Source: Octopus bimaculoides
Lineage: Eukaryota
Reading direction: 5' to 3'
Assembly: GCF_001194135.2 (NCBI RefSeq)
Contig: NC_068996.1
Span: 13,051,141 to 13,107,555, forward strand
Length of the DNA: 56,415 bases
Part shown: in pieces, positions 49,229 to 56,415 of the stretch
How positions within the stretch are numbered: the stretch's first letter is position 1
Layout: each line of letters starts with the position of its first letter
Translations under genes and position numbers: made by a program
Notes under the pieces: model-generated
What the model was told of the DNA's origin: nothing
The model's input: only the letters and a program-made list of their open reading frames with translations
The model's database searches: none

Positions 49229-49230
49229 TA

Positions 49231-49620
49231 TTACTGAATGGAAGTTATCATTGAATAAAAAGATGGAAAGTAGACTTAAAGAAGTTGAAGAGCTAAAAAT
49301 ACTTGAGTGGGTTCTAAATCCATTTCAGCTTAATGTAAACACTATTTCTTTAGATTTATCTAAAGACGTAATAGACTTGCAAAATTACTTTGAAGCTCTA
49401 ATGCTATTTAGACAAACTAGTTATGGCGCAAATAACAATATCAGTTACGGTATGCAGTTATATGTTAAGAATTTCTTTCACAAAATATTGCATATGGATC
49501 TCTCCAAGACTACGACAGTTCCTACATTTAGCAATGAAGTTAAAAAATATTATAAGATGCAATAAGTCCTTTCTCAGCTGTTGTTATCTCTATAAAGTAG
49601 ATTCTGAAGTGTAGAAAGCT
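49231..49620 (+). mobile_element. hAT transposase C-terminal fragment (second copy, opposite strand)
   Basis: MESRLKEVEELKILEWVLNPFQLNVNTISLDLSKDVIDLQNYFEA, homologous to 47430-47560. Confidence 0.85.
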
Positions 49621-50332
49621 TTTCAAATTTAATTTTTTAATCATAAATGTAAGTTAAATGCTTATTAAATTATTCTGGATGTTTTGTTTCCAAAGGCTCA
49701 AATATTGTCGAAGATTTCATTCTTATTCCTAAGCATTTTTTCGCAAATTAAACTCATAGGAATTTATTGGTAAATAGTGCATGAAATAACACCGTATTTC
49801 ATAAAATTGATTAATACAGGCACTTTCTTTTACGATTATCCATTTTCATAGGCTAAAAACATTAGCAGTGGAAAAAGAAAGAGAAAAAAATCAAAATCAA
49901 CTTTCAGAAAAATCAATACTTCTTTTTCTTTTTTTAAACAAAACTTTAAAATTAGAATAGTATTCACGAACAAGATGAAAATAAAAGTTAAAGTAATAAA
50001 ACGAAAAATTAACATATTTTGTTTTAGTTTCAATAAATAGAATTCATTCAAAAAGTTATACTTAATAAATTAAATCTAAAAGAAGCAAATTATGGAGATT
50101 AGACTTTGGCACCTCATCCGCCTTGTTTCTACTCACCAATTACACAATGACCTGCTCATTTAACCCCGGCAAAGATTTCGCTGAAGATTATGCTTAAAAT
50201 ACAAGTATTACATATGGTTTAAATGTTGTTATTTATCTGAATATTCAGCGTTCCTATAGTTCTCTCTTGATTCTTTTCAATCCTAATGAGTTCTTCTTGG
50301 CCAACTTAGATCTATCTATCTACACACATACA

Positions 50333-50384
<52 letters not shown>

Positions 50385-50386
<2 letters not shown>

Positions 50387-50500
50387 AGCAACGTGAAATG
50401 AAGTGTTTTGCTCAAGAAAACAACTCTCTACCCGGGTTTGGGAAACAAAACTTCGATCTTGCGGTCATTAGTGCAACTCTGTAGCCACTAGGCCATGCAC
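50385..50500 (-). mobile_element. Degenerate tRNA-SINE head (third family)
   Basis: gtgttttgctcaagaaaacaac..cgatcttgcggtcattagtgcaac..ccactaggcc is a reversed tRNA-like head. Confidence 0.55.
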
Positions 50501-50837
50501 CACACCCATGATACGCATGCACCTATGTACATACACATATGTACTCATCAATATACACACTTAAGTATACGTACATATACACACGCATATATCTATGTAT
50601 ATATATTTATATATACATACACACACACAGACAAACACACGCACAAACAAACACACACAAACACATATTAAGAAAAAGCAGGCAGGATCATGGTTTAAAT
50701 TTTTCTGAAGAGTTCGGTTAAACGAACGAAAGCCTTAATAAAGAATTATCTAAAATTCTGATTGCCTCCTTTTTCCCAATATACAATATCTGTACACCAA
50801 TTGAAACACTCTATACATACATACATACATACATACA

Positions 50838-50868
<31 letters not shown>

Positions 50869-51649
50869 GTATGTATGTATATATATATATATTTATATAT
50901 ATATATATGTATGTATTTGATAAATAAATTCAAAAAGGGATAAAACTCTTTTACAAGAATTTTNNNNNNNNNNNNNNNNNNNNNNNNNNNNNNNNNNNNN
51001 NNNNNNNNNNNNNNNNNNNNNNNNNNNNNNNNNNNNNNNNNNNNNNNNNNNNNNNNNNNNNNNNNNNNNNNNNNNNNNNNNNNNNNNNNNNNNNNNNNNN
51101 NNNNNNNNNNNNNNNNNNNNNNNNNNNNNNNNNNNNNNNNNNNNNNNNNNNNNNNNNNNNNNNNNNNNNNNNNNNNNNNNNNNNNNNNNNNNNNNNNNNN
51201 NNNNNNNNNNNNNNNNNNNNNNNNNNNNNNNNNNNNNNNNNNNNNNNNNNNNNNNNNNNNNNNNNNNNNNNNNNNNNNNNNNNNNNNNNNNNNNNNNNNN
51301 NNNNNNNNNNNNNNNNNNNNNNNNNNNNNNNNNNNNNNNNNNNNNNNNNNNNNNNNNNNNNNNNTATATATATATATATATATGCATATATATATATGTA
51401 TATACATGTGTATTTATATGTATATATACATATCTACACACACATACTTTGTTCCTATGGTAATATAGGTGTTTCACCCCTCATACTAGCTGTGGATATT
51501 TTCACAAGCAATACTTTATGTCGTCTTTTGTTTATATTTCTCTTGATGTATCCATCTCTTATATTTACTTTTTAAAATACTGTATATGCGTTGTGAAATT
51601 CGAACGATTTTTATGTGTGTAATGGAATGCTATTCGTTAATGAGATATA

Positions 51650-53300
51650 GTTATTAGATCCATTAGTTCTTTATTACTTGTGTTTATGGCCGTAAAGTTT
51701 TTGTTTTGTTTTGTTCGTGTTTGAGAATGTGTTTTGACTGTTGGTTTGTGCGTGTGTGTGTCTGTATGAATGTGATTGTGTTTGTGATAATGTTTGTGTC
51801 CATGATAGGGGTAGTGGTGACGAAGTGGATAATGAAATTGATAGTACCGGTGTAGCTACTGCTGTGCGGTGGTGTTGGTAATTTTTTTGTTGACGTACTT
51901 TTGAATATTTTTTGATTATTTTTCTTTTCCTCCATTTGTTATTGTTTGCCAATTAGTGTCCTTCCCATTACCTTCGCCACATGACATGTCTGCGTGGTGC
52001 GAGTTGAGGAGGGACATGTATAGAAAGCGATCTGAGGTATTGGTTTGTTATTTTTTGATTTTTGGAGGAAGAGGTTCTGCTGCTGTTGTTGCTGCTGCTA
52101 CTGTTTTGTAAAACTGTAACCCTTGATGGCGGTATATTTTCTGTTGCTTTTGTTACTGCTGCTTTCACTATTGTTGGTTTTGGTGTTGTTGCAGCAGTTA
52201 CCGTTGTTGCATTTGTCGCTGTTTTCGTTACTGATGGTTTTACTCTCACTGTTGTGGATACTGCTGTTGCTGTTAGGGCCAAATGCCATTCCTAGTGCTG
52301 CCATTGTTTCTGCGGTTGTTGTTGCTGTTGTGGTGATCGTATTAGCAGAAGTAATGGTCATTCGATTCTAATTCTTTGCTCTAGTCACAAAGTTTGCATC
52401 CCACAAGTCACACCTCGGCCTTTTGCCCTCAACGGCCACGTCTACTTTTATATCCTCAGGCAGTTTAATCAAGTTCGGGATGGTTTCCGTACTGTGTTAA
52501 TCTATTTGGATCAATAGCCCCATCTCTTGGCCGACTAATTATGTTTTTGAAACCTCTAGACCAGCAAAATATTGATTTTGTTCTGAATGTCAAAAAGACA
52601 GCTGTTACCAACAGCAGATATATATTTATTGCAGTACATCAGCATGAGGACCAATTCCGCACATGAAGACCATGTACTAAACTTTTTCCTCTGGTGACCT
52701 ATGTTTTAGTGTCCCAGATTTTTCCGAGTTACTTTACAGTATGTTGTGGAGTCACCAGTTCTTTTTACTACTTTTTGTTGCTAAGATTTTATATACCACT
52801 ACTCTAAGGTTGGTTTGTCGCTGAATGGATTCGAAGATGTTGGGCGCAACATTTCGTGCAGATATCGCGAGAAGATGTTTTGCATATTTAAATTTTTCCA
52901 AAGATAAAATAATTTCTTCTTCTGTTAGCAGAGCCGCGTCGGCGAATCCATTAGCATTTGATTTACAATTTGTCGTGTTTTTATCTTTTTTTTTGGCGTT
53001 AATGTTGTTGTAGGCGAAGATGTAACGTAAAGGTGTGTTAAAAGTGCAATTGGATATTTTATTTTTTTGTTCTACGTTTTTATTTTTGTATTTTTCACTT
53101 TCCTTGTTGTTCTTTCTGTATGCCTTCTAGCTGTTGCTTGTTGTTGTTGTTTTTGCAGTCGGCAATGGTAGTGGAGACGGTGGTGCTTCGATGTAAAGGT
53201 GAGAAGTCAAACAACTCTTCCAATCTCTGGTTTCATTTCCCTGCCGAAAAAATTCGACGTGATGTCCTTTTGTTATTTTTCTTAAATGGGTAAATTTTAC
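51650..53300 (-). mobile_element. Second Tx1/L1-clade ORF1 relic
   Basis: NLIKLPEDIKVDVAVEGKRPRCDL (~52400-52500) aligns with DLIKLPNWVGLRVVVEDRKPRCDT of the 45 kb element; a similar low-complexity Thr/Asn-rich linker follows. Confidence 0.7.
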
Positions 53301-53479
53301 AAAATAACACAAATTTCGTCTCGAAGGGGCGGAAATTTAACAAAGCCAATCAATCTCATAGGGTACTGGTTGGTTTATTAACAAAATGGTACAATAACAG
53401 TATAAGATAACGTTTTTGAAAACAAAATTAAAAAATAACTCACAAATTCTAAAAGATATCCTTCCCATGGAAACGCAAA

Positions 53480-53559
<80 letters not shown>

Positions 53560-53620
53560 ATAATAATAATAATAATAACCACAACAATAAGAAAGATAAT
53601 CAATAATAATAATAATGACA
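53480..53620. repeat. (CTA)n then (AAT)n microsatellite
   Basis: Seen directly. Confidence 0.97.
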
Positions 53621-53699
53621 ATAACAAAAAGTGGAAGACTACTATATGTGATAAGAAAAAAACGCTTTTCTCTTTACACAGGGAGGCAAAATACAAAAC

Positions 53700-54056
53700 A
53701 GAGATAAACTACACTGAAACACTGATCTCACATGACAACACAACAGAAATGACTAGAGAGATAAAGGAAAAAACATGAGAACAGAACTACAAAGCATACT
53801 AAATAAGAGATGGAAAGAAAAACCACTTCCTGGCCAATACCCTTCGAGAGTTGACAGAGAAGTGAGCCTACGTGAAGTTCAACTATGGCTTAGAAGCTCT
53901 GAACTAGAAACAGAAACGGAAGGACTGATTCTCGCTGCGTAAGACCAATACCTGACCACTAACAAGTATAAAAGCCAAATAATGAAAACAGGCCCTAACA
54001 CCAAATGCAAAATGTACAACCAGTACAATGAGACAGTTGGCCACATCATCTCTAGA
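53700..54056 (+). mobile_element. R4/Dong-like LINE fragment (copy 6)
   Basis: RWKEKPLPGQYP..LWLRSSELETETEGLILAA*DQYL..TKCKM..ETVGHIIS, located downstream of an AAT run. Confidence 0.88.
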
Positions 54057-56015
54057 GATGTATACATAGTGTTATTATAAACCAGCAAAAGATGTTTAGA
54101 GAAAGAATATTTACGTTATGAAATATTTTAAAATCTACTGTCAAGAATACAACATTAAGCAATTATTTAAATTTTAGTAATGTATATTTAATGTATATTC
54201 CGTCATAATTTAAGCACGAACGTTAATTATGGTTTCCAATGAATTCTATTGTCATAAGATGATTAAACCCTTTTATATTTTTTTAAGTTCATAAAAATAA
54301 ACACTTTTCAATAGACAGTTCAGTTCTCTCAAAAACTAAATAAAATAGTCAACCAAGTATATCGGAGTAACATTTAGTCACGAAACTAAATATATGCTTG
54401 ACGATCAACAACTCATTTGAAAACAGTAATGAGAAAGCACGATTCTCTATTGATGAAATGACTGGCACATTATTGTATTATTTATTATTCTTGATTCTGA
54501 AAAAAAAAAAAAAAAAAAAAATTCGAAGACTGCTATTGAAATGGTGTATGACAGTGAAATAACAAGCAATACATAATTGACCATAGGTTTTTACTATGTC
54601 GAGAAATTGTTACTTCCGATATTGTTAACCTTTGCCACACAAACACCATATTCTATTTTAGCTAAAAATATCTGAGCTCACCTCTTCATATTTTACAAGT
54701 TTCAGTAACTACATTTATTTTTACCGATACTAACCAACCAATACTTTTTCCTCAAACACTGCCTTTTCTTTTAGTTTCTTTTCTAGAAATACTTCATCAG
54801 CTCATGGGAACTCACACATGAGAATTGTTAAGTTTAAGCAGAACACATAACTTTTAATAAAAACATAACAGAATAATACACATCTAGCATAAAAATATTT
54901 TAGACGTGTAGTAAAAAATCTTGCGGAGTGTACACGCGTTTATTAGCATGTGTATTTATTAGTGTACACGACCAGTGTTTCTGTAGCTCTATCTTGAAAA
55001 TGTAACGTAAAAGCACGATTTAAAACATCCATGAAATAATTCCAAGAATTCTCTTTAGCACTTAATAAATTGGTAGTATCAAAATTCTTTGAAGCCATAA
55101 AATATTTAAAAAAAAGTATTCATCGATTGTTTTTGAAAAAAGACTCTGACAGAAAACAGACTAACTTAAGACAGAGTTGTAAAAAGGAAAAAAAAAACAA
55201 AAAAACAAGAAACACAAAAGACAACTAATCGGGGTGTTGAGTAAAACCAGGAAAATTTAACAGTTTTAATTTTACAAATTTATAGGTGTGCAAGTGATCA
55301 TTCTAAACAACATTAATAAAAATCTTCTAATGCATCAATTAACCACGGAGTTATGATGTTTCAGATACCAAAATATCAAAGATGCCACTGTATATTTCAC
55401 ATTTAATGAATCATCTTATCTTGTATCGTAATGAGAAGTTCCTGGCTAGATTAAATGTTGAGAAATCTGTTCACTTTGGTAAATGGTGAAAAAGACCGTG
55501 ATGCAATTTTGAATACGTGATTCCTCAAAAGTGGATATATTTCGATATCTACATATAATATCTAGAATTCTCCAATAGATAAACTATTAAATTTGGACAT
55601 CAAAGTTTTATCTGATTGTAAATGTATTTATCAGATTGCAAATGATTTGCAAGGAATCAGGTGATTCATCTAGCATTACATCAAAAGGATTTTCGCAAAA
55701 TCACAGTTCGAGCTCATAAATTGGTAAAGCTCTAAACCTTTTTTGAAATTGACCCAAAAGATTGAAACACTCTGCAACATTACCACACCATAGAATGTAG
55801 ATACTGTGCTTGTAATCTTATAAAATGTACTGTACAGATTTTATTCACTGAAGATCGTGGCAGGCACGTCAAATAGCAGCGCTAAATTCTGGAGCCATTT
55901 TTATTGATTTTTAACTTAATATTTAAGAATATAGAATGTAATTTATCCCATTATAGACGCTTAACAGCACACGCAGATATATGGGTACATGTATGCATAC
56001 ATAAACGAATGTATG

Positions 56016-56047
<32 letters not shown>

Positions 56048-56259
56048 ACACATATACGCACACAGACATAAATATGTATATGGACACACATATGCATATA
56101 TGCATATTTGTATGGCTAGATTATTGACCACTTTTTAGCACTTAATAAATATAAAGAGACAGTGACACAGATATATATGTGTGAGTCGACGACTGCACTA
56201 TACACATATACCTGTGCGCATATGTAATGTGTATTACGAGCGCATACACACGCATATAT

Positions 56260-56314
56260 GTATGTATATACGTATCTATATGTATATATATGTATATGTA
56301 TGTATATATATATG

Positions 56315-56351
<37 letters not shown>

Positions 56352-56360
56352 GTATGTATA

Positions 56361-56415
<55 letters not shown>
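56260..56415. repeat. (TA)/(TATG)n microsatellite at the window end
   Basis: Seen directly. Confidence 0.97.

Noticed and set aside
4956-51477. Long ORFs containing X runs (e.g. 8503-9765, 25445-26464, 39863-41158)
   Set aside because: They are open only because N-gaps and flanking microsatellites contain no stops.
55847-55885. CTGAAGA followed by a CGTG/CACG hairpin
   Set aside because: CAAA instead of GAAA and no convincing stem III or cleavage triplet; at best a heavily decayed motif.

Overview
Repeat-saturated, AT-rich eukaryotic scaffold with 13 N-gaps. It is most likely an octopus; this is inferred from the SINE families and extreme microsatellite load, not from a database search. No intact, nameable host gene is visible, and almost all listed ORFs are microsatellite, gap or antisense artefacts. 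Recognisable content: decayed mariner and hAT DNA transposons, a hAT MITE with an 8-bp TSD, two foldback elements, many tRNA-derived SINEs, and LINE relics of four kinds (CR1/L2-group, RTE/RTE-X, at least six R4/Dong-like RLE fragments, and a near full-length Tx1/L1-clade element plus a second ORF1 relic). The most interesting observations are: (1) a type I hammerhead ribozyme with a palindromic stem III inside a ~500-bp partial tandem repeat (21.4 kb), suggesting a retrozyme or Penelope-type element; (2) a ~10-kb wall-to-wall stack of retroelements (35.6-46.6 kb) in which most junctions are AAT-type microsatellites; (3) an RTE-X element whose 5' part is inverted with twin-priming geometry; (4) unidentified exon-like open frames at 31.4-34.8 kb that may belong to a host gene or pseudogene. 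Element boundaries were read by eye and are approximate unless exact motifs are quoted.
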